A stretch of DNA of 64,000 nt from an uncultured Synergistaceae bacterium (GTDB lineage Bacteria > Synergistota > Synergistia > Synergistales > Aminobacteriaceae), in contig CAZJAR010000001.1 of NCBI GenBank assembly GCA_964543785.1, positions 4,909-68,908 of the forward strand, in the 5' to 3' direction. A program made the translations under genes and the position numbers. This document shows positions 18,724 through 28,690 of the stretch, one piece after another. The notes under the pieces were generated by a model that saw only the letters and a list, made by a program, of their open reading frames with translations, was not told the DNA's origin and made no database searches. Within the stretch, counting starts at the first letter, position 1; each line of letters opens with the position of its first letter.

Positions 18724-20277
18724 ATGAATCCACACCAGCCGCTGGTGCGCATGGAAAAAATCACAAAGAGGTTCGCCGGAGTAACGGCCAACCTCGATGT
18801 CGATTTCGACGTGCGGCCGGGTGAGGTCCACGCTCTTCTCGGAGAAAACGGCGCGGGGAAATCCACGCTGATGAACATTCTCTACGGCCTGTACCGTCCG
18901 GACAGCGGCACTCTTTTCATCGACGGGAACGAGATTGCCTTCTCCTCACCCGGGGACGCCCGCAAGGCAGGAATCGGCATGGTTCACCAGCACTTCATGC
19001 TCATCCCGAGCCAGACAGTATGGGAGAACATGATTCTCGGCCTGGATGGTCTTCCTGTCATCCTTCCGAAAAAGGAAATACGGGGAAAAATCACGGATCT
19101 TTCGTCAAAATACGGACTCCAGGTGGATCCGGACGCCAGCATCTGGCAGCTCTCCATAGGAGAACAGCAGAGGGTAGCCATACTCCAGATGCTGTTCCGG
19201 AAAGCGAATATCCTTATCCTTGACGAGCCCACGGCAGTGCTTACCCCCCAGGAGGCGGAGCACCTCTTCGGAACCGTCCGGCAGATGACCTCCGAGGGAC
19301 ATGGGGTGGTCTTCATCTCACACAAGATGGACGAAGTGATGGGGCTTTCCCAGAGGGTGACCATCCTCAGGAAAGGGAAACTTGTCGGCACAGTGGACAC
19401 CGCCGCCACATCCAAAGAACAGCTTGCAGAAATGATGGTGGGACAAAAAATGGTCTACACCATACACAAGCCGCCGCTCAAGCCGGGCGGACCAGTCATG
19501 GAGTGCGCTTCAGTCTGCGCCCTCGGCGACAGGGGATTTCCCGCAGTGAACCGGGCGACATTCATGGTGCGCGAAAGGGAGATTTTCGGTGTTGCGGGCG
19601 TAGCGGGAAACGGACAGCAGGAACTGTGCGAAACCCTCGTGGGCCTGCGGAAAGTGGAATCTGGCTCGATCAGGGTGAACGGACGGGAGATGACCAACGC
19701 CCTCCCGAAGGATTTCATTGCCCAGGGAGTTCACTATGTCCCTGCCGACAGAAAAGGGACGGGGCTGGTTCCCAACATGAACGTAAGCGAGAATTCCATT
19801 CTGAAGCGGTACTGGAACCGTCCCGTTTCCAGGGGATGCTTCCTGAACTGGAAAGAAGTCTTTTCCTTCGCCAGGGAGCTTGTCTCGAGATTCAACGTGA
19901 GCACCCCCACCATGGAGACTCCCGTTCGCAATCTTTCAGGGGGCAACCTGCAAAAACTCATGCTCGGCAGGGAACTGAGCGACTCTCCAGCCGCCCTGCT
20001 CGCGGTTCACCCCACCTGGGGGCTTGACGTGGCCGCCACCAAGTTCGTGCGTGAGCAGCTGCTCTCCCACAGGGAAAAAGGCGGAGCGGTTCTCCTCGTG
20101 TCCGAGGACCTGGAAGAGCTTCTCGCTCTGAGCGACAGGCTCGCGGTGATGTGCAAGGGGGAGATCATGGGAATCCTCGACAATCCCGCCTCCGTGCCGG
20201 TGGAGACCATTGGCCTGATGATGGCGGGCACGCCCCTGGAAAAGCTGGAAAACCGCGAAGGAGGGATGGACCGGTGA
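18724..20277 (+). CDS. ABC transporter ATP-binding protein, fused double ATPase (nucleoside type)
   Basis: GENGAGKST, LDEPTAVL, second domain LSGGNLQK. Confidence 0.93.
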   Translation: MNPHQPLVRMEKITKRFAGVTANLDVDFDVRPGEVHALLGENGAGKSTLMNILYGLYRPDSGTLFIDGNEIAFSSPGDARKAGIGMVHQHFMLIPSQTVWENMILGLDGLPVILPKKEIRGKITDLSSKYGLQVDPDASIWQLSIGEQQRVAILQMLFRKANILILDEPTAVLTPQEAEHLFGTVRQMTSEGHGVVFISHKMDEVMGLSQRVTILRKGKLVGTVDTAATSKEQLAEMMVGQKMVYTIHKPPLKPGGPVMECASVCALGDRGFPAVNRATFMVREREIFGVAGVAGNGQQELCETLVGLRKVESGSIRVNGREMTNALPKDFIAQGVHYVPADRKGTGLVPNMNVSENSILKRYWNRPVSRGCFLNWKEVFSFARELVSRFNVSTPTMETPVRNLSGGNLQKLMLGRELSDSPAALLAVHPTWGLDVAATKFVREQLLSHREKGGAVLLVSEDLEELLALSDRLAVMCKGEIMGILDNPASVPVETIGLMMAGTPLEKLENREGGMDR

Positions 20278-21359
20278 GATTCAAGATTGAACCCCGACTG
20301 ACCTCGACATGGAAGCTCTCCGTCGCCATTCCCTTTTTCTCCCTTGCCGCGGCCATCTTCTCCGGAGGAGTGTTCCTTCATTTCATGGGAGTCTCGCCCT
20401 TCCAGGCCTACAGGGCCATTCTCACCTCGGCCCTGGGAGACGCCTACGGCCTGAGCGAAACAGTGGTGAAAGCAATTCCCCTGACTATGGCGGGCATCGC
20501 CGTCATGCTCTCATTCACCATGCTGATCTGGAATATCGGCGCCGAAGGCCAGATATTCATGGGGGCCATAGCCGCCACGGCAATGGTGAGGTATTTCTAC
20601 ACGGACAGCAGAATCGTCATGCTTCTGCTCATGTTCCTTGCCGCCGCAGCAGCAGGGGGCACATGGGCTGCCATTGCAGGCTATTTCCGTGCCAAGTGGA
20701 ACGTCAACGAAATCATCACAACTCTCATGCTCAACTACGTGGCCATCAACTTCCTCAACTATTTCGTCTTCGGCCCATGGAGGGACCCCTCGAGCCTGGG
20801 CTTCCCCATGACGCCGCCTTTCCCCGATTCAGCAAGGCTGCCTGTCTTCTGGGGAACCCGCATCCACGGGGGGCTCGTTCTCGCCCTTCTTCTTCCCCTT
20901 CTGTTCTGGGTGATCCTGAAGTTCACAAGGTGGGGATATGAAATCCGGGTCATGGGAGAAAACCCGAAGGCGGCGGGATTCGCCGGGATGAATTATCTGA
21001 AGAATGTGGTCCTTGTCATGTTCATCTCCGGAGCCATCGCCGGGATCGCAGGGATGTGCGAACTTTCAGGGCTCCAGGGAAGGCTCCAGCACGGCTTCTC
21101 GGGGGGGTACGGATTCACCGCCATCATCGTGGCATGGCTCGCCCGACTCAACCCCATCGCCATCATTTTCGTCTCCTTCCTCATGGGCGTCCTGCTCGTG
21201 GGGGGCGAAACGCTCCAGATCGTCATGCGGCTCCCGCTCTCAAGCGTCATGGTGCTCCAGGGACTGATCCTGTTCTTCGTCCTCGGCGGGGAGTTCTTCC
21301 GGAAATACACCCTGAGAATCATCCCGGCGAAAGAAACTCCCCACAAGGAGGGGGCATAA
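20274..21359 (+). CDS. ABC transporter permease (nucleoside type)
   Basis: WNIGAEGQ, NEIITTLMLNY, GYGFTAIIVAWL. Confidence 0.9.
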   Translation: MRFKIEPRLTSTWKLSVAIPFFSLAAAIFSGGVFLHFMGVSPFQAYRAILTSALGDAYGLSETVVKAIPLTMAGIAVMLSFTMLIWNIGAEGQIFMGAIAATAMVRYFYTDSRIVMLLLMFLAAAAAGGTWAAIAGYFRAKWNVNEIITTLMLNYVAINFLNYFVFGPWRDPSSLGFPMTPPFPDSARLPVFWGTRIHGGLVLALLLPLLFWVILKFTRWGYEIRVMGENPKAAGFAGMNYLKNVVLVMFISGAIAGIAGMCELSGLQGRLQHGFSGGYGFTAIIVAWLARLNPIAIIFVSFLMGVLLVGGETLQIVMRLPLSSVMVLQGLILFFVLGGEFFRKYTLRIIPAKETPHKEGA

Positions 21360-21360
21360 C

Positions 21361-22290
21361 ATGGAAATGATCATACCCATCCTGACCGCCGCGGTCAGGA
21401 GCGGCACACCCATACTCTACGCCACGCTGGGAGAGATTCTCACGGAAAAGGGCGGGATCCTCAACCTGGGACTTGAAGGCATCATGCTGATGGGAGCATA
21501 TACAGGTTTTTCCGTCGCCTATTCCACAGGGAGTGCCTGGCTCGGCGTGGCGGCGGCCTTTTTCATAGGGGCTCTCATGGGGTTTGTCCATGCCTTTATC
21601 TGCGTTTCGCTGAAGGGCAACCAGGTGGTCAGCGGACTGGCCCTGACTATGTTCGGCACGGGCGCAAGTTCCCTTCTCGGAAGAACCTACGTCGGATTCA
21701 CCATCCCCGGGCTTCCAAGGATCAGCGTGCCCTTCCTCTCCGATATCCCGGTGGCCGGCCAGGTTTTCTTTTCCCACGACGCCCTGATCTACTGTTCCTA
21801 TGGCCTGGTGATCTTCTTCTGCTGGTTTTTCTCATCCACCAGGCACGGACTCTACCTTCGGGCCGTGGGGGACAACCCAAGGGCAGCAGACGCCATGGGC
21901 ATTTCCGTGGCAAAGACCAGGTATTTCTACACACTGGCGGGAGCGGGTATCGTGGCCGTGGGAGGGGCCTACATGTCCCTCGCCTATACAAAAATGTGGG
22001 GAGAGCTGATGACGGCAGGGCGGGGGTGGATCGCCGTTGCCCTGGTCATTTTCGCCATCTGGAATCCTGCCCGGGCCGCTCTCGGCGCCTATCTCTTCGG
22101 AGGAGTGGAAGCCTTCCAGCTGCGGCTCCAGACAGCCGGCACCACCATTCCCACCCCTGTGCTCATGATGCTTCCCTATCTGATGACCATCGGTGTGCTG
22201 CTGTTCATTTCAATCAAGAAGGGCAAGGGAATTATTTTCGGCGCGCCCGCATCCCTTTCAATGCCGTTTTTCAGGGAGGAAAGGGACTGA
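21361..22290 (+). CDS. ABC transporter permease (nucleoside type)
   Basis: EKGGILNLGLEG, LRAVGDNP, TAGRGWIAVA, MLPY. Confidence 0.9.
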   Translation: MEMIIPILTAAVRSGTPILYATLGEILTEKGGILNLGLEGIMLMGAYTGFSVAYSTGSAWLGVAAAFFIGALMGFVHAFICVSLKGNQVVSGLALTMFGTGASSLLGRTYVGFTIPGLPRISVPFLSDIPVAGQVFFSHDALIYCSYGLVIFFCWFFSSTRHGLYLRAVGDNPRAADAMGISVAKTRYFYTLAGAGIVAVGGAYMSLAYTKMWGELMTAGRGWIAVALVIFAIWNPARAALGAYLFGGVEAFQLRLQTAGTTIPTPVLMMLPYLMTIGVLLFISIKKGKGIIFGAPASLSMPFFREERD

Positions 22291-22338
22291 TTCCCTTTTT
22301 CCCCAATCTGCTGAAAAGCACAGGAGGATTCAATAATC

Positions 22339-23043
22339 GTGGATTTCTTTTTTGCCCATGTCCCGGCCTCAGGAAGCGTTCTCAACGCTCTTGCCATCGT
22401 GATCGGCTCTCTCGCGGGACTTGCACTTCACTCGCGCCTTCCCCAGAGATTTGTCTCCATTACTTTCCAGGGGCTCGGTCTGCTGACCCTTTTTCTGGGC
22501 GTTTTCATGGCCCAGCGCACCCAGAGCTTTCTCGTCATGGCCTTCAGCATCGTCGGAGGTTCCCTCCTCGGAGAATACCTGGACCTCGAGAAGGGACTGA
22601 ACCGGCTTGGGGAATGGACGAAGGCAAAGATCCGGTCGGAGAACGAAAAGTTCACCGAAGCCTTCGTGGCCTCCTCCCTTCTCTTCTGCGTCGGCTCCAT
22701 GGCCATTCTCGGGGCTATCGAGGAAGGCATGGGGGAGTTTCCGAGGCTTTTCGTCACCAAGTCGCTTATGGACGGCATGGCGTCTGCTGCCATGGCCGCA
22801 TCCATGGGTCCGGGGATCGTGTTCTCTGCCCTTCCCGTACTGCTTTACCAGGGGGGGATGACCTTTCTCGCGGGGACGGTGCAGACCGTGATGACCCCGG
22901 CGGTCATTGACGAGGTGAGCGCTGTGGGCGGCCTTCTTCTTCTCGGCATAGGTCTCTCCATACTGGAGATCAAAAGGGTCAAGGCGGTGAACATGCTTCC
23001 CGCCCTTCTTCTTGCCGGAATTCTCGCGTCCTTGTTCCGCTAG
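22339..23043 (+). CDS. DUF554/YdfK family membrane protein
   Basis: GSVLNALAIVIG, SLLFCVGSMAILG, KSLMDG, LLYQGG. Confidence 0.85.
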   Translation: MDFFFAHVPASGSVLNALAIVIGSLAGLALHSRLPQRFVSITFQGLGLLTLFLGVFMAQRTQSFLVMAFSIVGGSLLGEYLDLEKGLNRLGEWTKAKIRSENEKFTEAFVASSLLFCVGSMAILGAIEEGMGEFPRLFVTKSLMDGMASAAMAASMGPGIVFSALPVLLYQGGMTFLAGTVQTVMTPAVIDEVSAVGGLLLLGIGLSILEIKRVKAVNMLPALLLAGILASLFR

Positions 23044-23060
23044 GCTCCCGTGCACGGAAT

Positions 23061-23096
23061 GAGGGGGAGCCCCTTTCAGGGGTTCCCCCTCTTTTT
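23061..23096 (+). terminator. Intrinsic terminator
   Basis: GAGGGGGAGCCCCT-TTC-AGGGGTTCCCCCTC followed by T5. Confidence 0.8.
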
Positions 23097-23132
23097 GGCT
23101 GGCAGCCGATGATCACCTTCCTGAGGTGATGC

Positions 23133-23939
23133 TCAATAATAGGTTCCCTTCGTTCTGTAGTTTTCCCTCCGCTCATCCGCCAACTTGCGGGCAAAGGCAT
23201 CGAACATGTCCTTCTTCGTCCTGTAGAGAGTATCGAAATCACGGGCTGACTGGGGAAGGATGATCACCACCGATTTTTTCTCCATCTCGTCGAAAACGTA
23301 CTCAACCGCCTCCTCCACACTTATTGAATCAGGCGGAGGGGTCATATCGCCGAAGATCGCCGTCCTGACGTTGGCGGGGCAGAAGACGCTGAACCGGAGG
23401 CCTTCGTTTTCCAGCTCGTACTGAAGGCTTTCCGTCATGGATATGACAGCGCTCTTGCTGGCGGCATAGACCGCCTGGTAGGGAACGGGAACCCGTCCGG
23501 TGATGGACCCGGTATTGACGATATGACCGAAGCCCTGCTCCCGCATTACGGGGATTGCGCTGTAGGTTCCGTAGACCACGCCCATGATGTTGAGGTCCAC
23601 TATGAATTTCCACATTTCCAAGGTAATCTGCTCCGTGGGGAGAGTCATTCCCACGCCTGCGTTGTTGAAGAGAAAATCGAGGTGTCCGTCAAAATCCCTC
23701 GCATCGCCGACGAGCTTCCTGACTTCTTCAGGTTTTGTCACGTCAGTGAGCACAGGAAATACTTTGCCCGGATAGTCGGCGCTCAGCCTGCTTGATTCCC
23801 TGGTGAGGTTTTCTTCCTTGAGATCGCCCATGAAAACGGCGCCTGCTCCCCTGGCCAGGAGGCTCTCCGTTATGCCAAGCCCAAGTCCGGAAGCAGCCCC
23901 CGTAACGGCAGCAACCTTGTTCTCATAGTATCCGCTCAT
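23133..23939 (-). CDS. SDR family oxidoreductase
   Basis: TGAASGLG, NNAG, YAASK. Confidence 0.9.
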   Translation of the reverse strand: MSGYYENKVAAVTGAASGLGLGITESLLARGAGAVFMGDLKEENLTRESSRLSADYPGKVFPVLTDVTKPEEVRKLVGDARDFDGHLDFLFNNAGVGMTLPTEQITLEMWKFIVDLNIMGVVYGTYSAIPVMREQGFGHIVNTGSITGRVPVPYQAVYAASKSAVISMTESLQYELENEGLRFSVFCPANVRTAIFGDMTPPPDSISVEEAVEYVFDEMEKKSVVIILPQSARDFDTLYRTKKDMFDAFARKLADERRENYRTKGTYY

Positions 23940-23957
23940 TCAGCAGTCTCCCCTTTC

Positions 23958-24758
23958 CTACGGCAGTCTTCTCGAGTCGCCCACGTTCAGCCTGGCTGCC
24001 CCCTTGACCATGGCTCCTCCCGCCATCTTCAGCACGGGGAGGGCGGCCAGGGTGGCTATGATCCTCGCCTGCAGGGGGTGTTTCCACCAGTCGGGAGGCG
24101 TCCAGCGGAGCCTTCCCTCGCCTTTCCAGCCCTTCTTGACGGTCATCTCCTGCGGGTACAGGGTAGCATGGCTCAGGGATGTTCCGCCTTTGCCGAGATT
24201 TGGAAGATATCTCCACCCGAAGTAATTCACCTTCGACCGGGCGTTGAGCTGCCCTATCTCGGCTTCCCCCAGCTCTTCCTTCCGGGAGAATTCAAGAGAG
24301 AGGAATGTATGGGACTCGTAGCTCGCGGCAGTGAACCACTCGTCACCGTAATGGCGCTCGGAGGCGATGTCGGCATATATTTTCGGCATGCCGTCCTCTT
24401 CACGGCCGCCCAGAATGGGGCAGGCCTTGTTTTCCCAGATGACAAAGACATACTCGCCCTCGAGTCCCTCGGCATTTCCCAGGTAGCGGACAGGAGAAGA
24501 GGCCTGGATGAGCCGGTATTCGCCGCCTGACATCCAGTCAACCTCCCTGGCGTTTGCGAACTGAACATTCACCTGAGGCCGCAGGAGTTCAAAATCCTTC
24601 GGAAGAATGGACAGAAGAGCTTCCGGGTCAGTTTCAAACATGACGGTAATGCCCGTCATGTCTCCGTAGACCGTCCGCACGGGCGTGAAGGGATCTCCCC
24701 CGAAGTGCACCGGCATCTTGTAAACGTAGTCATCCTTGAGCACGAACTTTCCCCTCAT
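23958..24758 (-). CDS. Acetoacetate decarboxylase superfamily protein
   Basis: GEYRLIQ, GGREEDGMPK with the Schiff-base Lys, WRYLP. Confidence 0.8.
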   Translation of the reverse strand: MRGKFVLKDDYVYKMPVHFGGDPFTPVRTVYGDMTGITVMFETDPEALLSILPKDFELLRPQVNVQFANAREVDWMSGGEYRLIQASSPVRYLGNAEGLEGEYVFVIWENKACPILGGREEDGMPKIYADIASERHYGDEWFTAASYESHTFLSLEFSRKEELGEAEIGQLNARSKVNYFGWRYLPNLGKGGTSLSHATLYPQEMTVKKGWKGEGRLRWTPPDWWKHPLQARIIATLAALPVLKMAGGAMVKGAARLNVGDSRRLP

Positions 24759-24949
24759 TATGGTTCTCCCCTTTCATCATCCGCTATTCAGGCAATGCAG
24801 ACATTTATTTTGCAATATACTCTCTATTTTGATTTTTTTCCAGCGTTTTCACCCCGGCCCTTTCGCACAGAGACCGGCCCGCAGGGTGAATACCAGAAAA
24901 AAACCGGAGGCATTGGGCCTCCGGCAGAAAACGTCGTCTTTAAAAAATG

Positions 24950-25699
24950 TCAGGATGATTTCCAGCGAAACGGCGGTTCAGCGGCTCCGTACTGGGCGGA
25001 CTTCTCCCCGCTGAGCAGGGCCCAGTTCTGGTTGCCGTAATCATAGTGCCACCACTCGTCGGGATAGTTCGTAAACCCTACCCTTGTCATGACGGCATAG
25101 AGGAGTCTCCGGTTGAAAAGAGCTTCTTCTTCCCCAGCAGACATCCGTTCTTTCTCGGCCAGCTTCTTTTCGAAATAATCAGTGGCCGATTTCTCCGTAG
25201 TTTCGTCGAATTCAGTCCCCATAGGAAGGCACAAGCCTGATTCATCCGCAATGGTCAGATCCACGGCCCCTCCGGTGACGTGGGGGGAAGGATGAGACGG
25301 CGAAACGGAGGGCAGAGCCACAAACTGGGAGGCGAGCGCGGAAATTTCCTGGTCATCGAGGAGGGGCATCTTTTCCCTCAGCTCGGACCGGAATTTCTGG
25401 AAGAGGGAGGTCTGGACCATCCTCGGCCTCCATGAATCCAAAAGAACAAAACGGCATCCCTGGGGCAGAAGGGCAGCAGCCCTGCAGAGACGCACCAGAA
25501 CAGAGCGGCGGACAAAACATTCGGGTATGGCCCCCTCTATTCCGTGAACATAGTACTGGGGGCTCACAAGGATTTTTTCCGGGACGTAGCCTGCTGAAAC
25601 AAGGGGCTCACCGCACTCCTCCACCGCTATCCGGCGGGAGGCGTCCCACGAAAAGCAATCAGGCAGACAGACAGGAATATCCTGATAGGGGTGGTTCAT
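24950..25699 (-). CDS. ddpX: D-alanyl-D-alanine dipeptidase (VanX/DdpX, M15)
   Basis: DSWRP, Zn motif SPHVTGGAVD, EWWH. Confidence 0.85.
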   Translation of the reverse strand: MNHPYQDIPVCLPDCFSWDASRRIAVEECGEPLVSAGYVPEKILVSPQYYVHGIEGAIPECFVRRSVLVRLCRAAALLPQGCRFVLLDSWRPRMVQTSLFQKFRSELREKMPLLDDQEISALASQFVALPSVSPSHPSPHVTGGAVDLTIADESGLCLPMGTEFDETTEKSATDYFEKKLAEKERMSAGEEEALFNRRLLYAVMTRVGFTNYPDEWWHYDYGNQNWALLSGEKSAQYGAAEPPFRWKSS

Positions 25700-25715
25700 T
25701 CTCCTGCTCCTTCCC

Positions 25716-27005
25716 TCAGAGATTCAGCAGCCGCGGAAGCAGCGTGGTCAGCGGCGGGAACGAGATGATGACCAGCAGCACAAGGAGCGCAACGCCGATG
25801 AAGGGCCAGATATGGACAAACACGTCGGCAAGCTTCACCCGTCCCACAGCGGCGACAATGTAGTTGCATGCGCCCATGGGAGGCGTTATGAGGGCAATGG
25901 TGACATTGAGGGTCATGACTACCCCGAAATGGAAGGGATCAATCCCCGCTTTCAGAGCTATGGGGGCAAAGATGGGGGTGAGAAGCGCCAGGGTTGAAAC
26001 CTCCTCCATGAACATTCCCACGGGGAAAATAACCGCGCTCAGTACGATCATGAGGAGCCAGGGCTTGTCCAGAAGACCCGCTTCAAGTATCAGGGAAGCA
26101 AAACGCTGGGGGACCTGTTCCCACTTGAGGAGCCATCCGATAACTGTAGCTGCGCCCATGATAAGAAAAATCGAGCTTGAAAGCCGTACCGTTTCATAAA
26201 AAGACTCCGCCAGGACCCTCACGGTCAGTTCCCGGGTGTAGAAAAGCCCCGCAACGAGACAATAGGCTACTGCCAGCGCACCGGATTCGGTTGGCGTCAC
26301 GACCCCGGTGATGATTCCTCCGACGATGATCACAGGCGCGAAAAGCGCCACTACGGAACGGGTAAGAATCTCTTTCTTCCGTTTCCTCACTTCGGCGAAG
26401 TCGGCCACGGGAACCTGGTACCTGTGGGAATAGACATAGTTCATGGCCATAAAGGCCCCGCCGAGAAAAATACCCGGAAGTATCCCTGCGGCAAAAAGCC
26501 CTCCTATGGAGGTGTTCGTCATGGTGGCGTAGATGATCATGAAAATGCTCGGAGGAATGATGGGCCCGATGAGGGCGCTTCCTGCCGTGAGTCCTGCGGC
26601 GTAAGGAGGGGAAAAGCCATCCTTTATCATGGCGGGGATGAGAATTGATCCGAGGGCTGAGGCGTCGGCAGCAGCCGAACCGTTGACTCCGGCGAGAATG
26701 ATCCCCCCGACAACGTTGACGTATCCCAGGCCGCCCCTGACGGACCCCACAAGGAGCCTGCTGAAGTCAAGAAGGCGGTCGGTGAGGCCTGAGCGGTTCA
26801 TCAGGATTCCGGCAAGAATGAAAAAAGGAATTGCCATCAGGGAGAAGACATCCATCCCCCCGAAAAACTGCTGGCTCATGACCCTCAGAAGGGACAGGTC
26901 TCCCAGCATCACGATGCCCAGAAGAGACGTGGAGAGCAGCGAGAGAAACAGGGGAACTCCGAGCACCATGAGAAGGAGGAAAGCGAAGAGCATGGACAGG
27001 CCCAT
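25716..27005 (-). CDS. TRAP transporter large permease (DctM)
   Basis: AIPFFILAG, GSAAADA, IPPSIFM, TPTESG, TPPMG. Confidence 0.92.
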   Translation of the reverse strand: MGLSMLFAFLLLMVLGVPLFLSLLSTSLLGIVMLGDLSLLRVMSQQFFGGMDVFSLMAIPFFILAGILMNRSGLTDRLLDFSRLLVGSVRGGLGYVNVVGGIILAGVNGSAAADASALGSILIPAMIKDGFSPPYAAGLTAGSALIGPIIPPSIFMIIYATMTNTSIGGLFAAGILPGIFLGGAFMAMNYVYSHRYQVPVADFAEVRKRKKEILTRSVVALFAPVIIVGGIITGVVTPTESGALAVAYCLVAGLFYTRELTVRVLAESFYETVRLSSSIFLIMGAATVIGWLLKWEQVPQRFASLILEAGLLDKPWLLMIVLSAVIFPVGMFMEEVSTLALLTPIFAPIALKAGIDPFHFGVVMTLNVTIALITPPMGACNYIVAAVGRVKLADVFVHIWPFIGVALLVLLVIISFPPLTTLLPRLLNL

Positions 27006-27006
27006 A

Positions 27007-27513
27007 TCATCCCCTCCTTTCGATGGTCTGCAGATGAAGCAGGACTATCCCGGCGAGAAGCAGGGCAAATCCTGCAGGAAGGGCAAGGAGAGGGATGGTC
27101 TTGGGAATATTCAGCGCCAGGGTCTTCATGTGCCATATCTGGACTGCATTGACCGATCCCAGCCAGATCATGAGGGACAGAATTCCCGCGGCGAGCAGGA
27201 ACCGCCCCCATTCTACAATCCTCCGGAGGACTGCGGGAAAACGGGGAACCACAAAGTCAATGACCATGTGGTCCCCCTTCACCGCCGCACCCATGGCACC
27301 CATCATCACCATCCACACGAGGGAAAAACGTGCCACTTCTTCTGTCCAGATGATTGAGCTTTTCAGCACATAGCGGCAGAAAATGCCGAGGAGGATATCG
27401 CCGACATTAATCAGCAGAAGGAGACACGCAGTCCATGCGCTGAACCGTTCGAGCCTGTGCGTCCAATCGGCGAGACTGCTCCCTTTCTGTTCAGGGTGAC
27501 GGTCGGGGACCAT
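27007..27513 (-). CDS. TRAP transporter small permease (DctQ)
   Basis: WTEEVAR and GDHMVID; start uncertain (27513 or 27555). Confidence 0.88.
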   Translation of the reverse strand: MVPDRHPEQKGSSLADWTHRLERFSAWTACLLLLINVGDILLGIFCRYVLKSSIIWTEEVARFSLVWMVMMGAMGAAVKGDHMVIDFVVPRFPAVLRRIVEWGRFLLAAGILSLMIWLGSVNAVQIWHMKTLALNIPKTIPLLALPAGFALLLAGIVLLHLQTIERRG

Positions 27514-27521
27514 GACAGACG

Positions 27522-28559
27522 CTATTTCGCCTTCTCGTTCGCGTTCTTCGCGCACTCAAGGGCAAGATTGAGCCAGTCCTCACCTGCCTTGGTCTTCAAC
27601 CATTCCACGTAGGGCGGCTGGCCGGCGGCACGGAACGCATCCATTTCTTCATTCGTCGGAGAATAGGCGATCATGCCTTTTTGCACGAGGAAGTCGATGT
27701 CCTTTTTGTCCTGCTCGGCCATAGCCTGCCGGTTCAGGGCATTGGCCTTTTTTCCCGCCTCGATGACCGCAGCCTTGTGTTCCGGAGTGAGGGAATCGAG
27801 GAAATCACCGTTGATCACGAGGAACTGGTCGGAATACTGGATGTTGGCCAGCGTGAGATATTTCTGCACTTCCTGAAGGCTTCCCATCTTGATGTACATG
27901 GCAGGGTTCATCTGACCGTCCACCACACCGGTCTTCAGGGCCATGTAGAGTTCGGTCCAGGGGATGGGAGTTCCGCTCGCACCGAAGGATTTATAGAGGA
28001 TGACCTGCCCTTCATCCATGCCGCGGAACTTCAGGCCCTTGAAATCCTCCGGCTTGCGGATTTCTTTCCTGTTGTTGGTGAATGCGAGAAAGCCTCCCTC
28101 TTCAACCGCTTCGAGGAGATAGGCACCGGTACGGCTGCGGAATTCTTCCTTCGACTTGTTCCAGTACCGGCTTCCGTCAAAGAAGAAATGTGCAGCCTTG
28201 TAGTTGTTGAACATGAAAGGGATGGCGGAAGCGTAGATCTCCGGGAAGACCGGCGCGACGCCGGCGAAAGAGGCGACGTTGATGATGGGCTGGTTCATCC
28301 CCTGCTTCGTGAGCAGTTCCATGCGTTCTTCCTCATTCCCGAGCTGGCTGTCGGGGAAAAGTTTCACGACCACTTCTCCGCCGGTTCCCTCGGCCACAAA
28401 TTTGGCAAAGTTCTCAGCGAAAAGGTGCACCGCATTGTTTTCCGCATCCGCAGGGCCGTTGTATGACATCTTCACCTCACGGGCAGCCTCGGCCCCGAAG
28501 GGGACCACCAGACAGAACGCCATAACCGCACAGAGCACCGCAAATCTTCCGAGTTTCAC
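27522..28559 (-). CDS. TRAP substrate-binding protein (DctP)
   Basis: Signal peptide, FPDSQLG, KGLKFR, GVVDGQMNP. Confidence 0.9.
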   Translation of the reverse strand: MKLGRFAVLCAVMAFCLVVPFGAEAAREVKMSYNGPADAENNAVHLFAENFAKFVAEGTGGEVVVKLFPDSQLGNEEERMELLTKQGMNQPIINVASFAGVAPVFPEIYASAIPFMFNNYKAAHFFFDGSRYWNKSKEEFRSRTGAYLLEAVEEGGFLAFTNNRKEIRKPEDFKGLKFRGMDEGQVILYKSFGASGTPIPWTELYMALKTGVVDGQMNPAMYIKMGSLQEVQKYLTLANIQYSDQFLVINGDFLDSLTPEHKAAVIEAGKKANALNRQAMAEQDKKDIDFLVQKGMIAYSPTNEEMDAFRAAGQPPYVEWLKTKAGEDWLNLALECAKNANEKAK

Positions 28560-28690
28560 CTTTCACTACCTCCTTCAGGATGAAATTTGGTTCTTCTTCC
28601 TCCGGCCTCCCGGAGGACAGCTTCCATTCTTCCACACTTTGGCTTTGCAGTCCAGACAGAGACCGGTATGATGTTTCCCCTGTTCCGCTT

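Noticed and set aside
24950-25699. VanX-like gene as a vancomycin-resistance determinant
   Set aside because: No vanH, vanA/B, vanR or vanS nearby; the context is a TRAP operon, which fits catabolic DdpX
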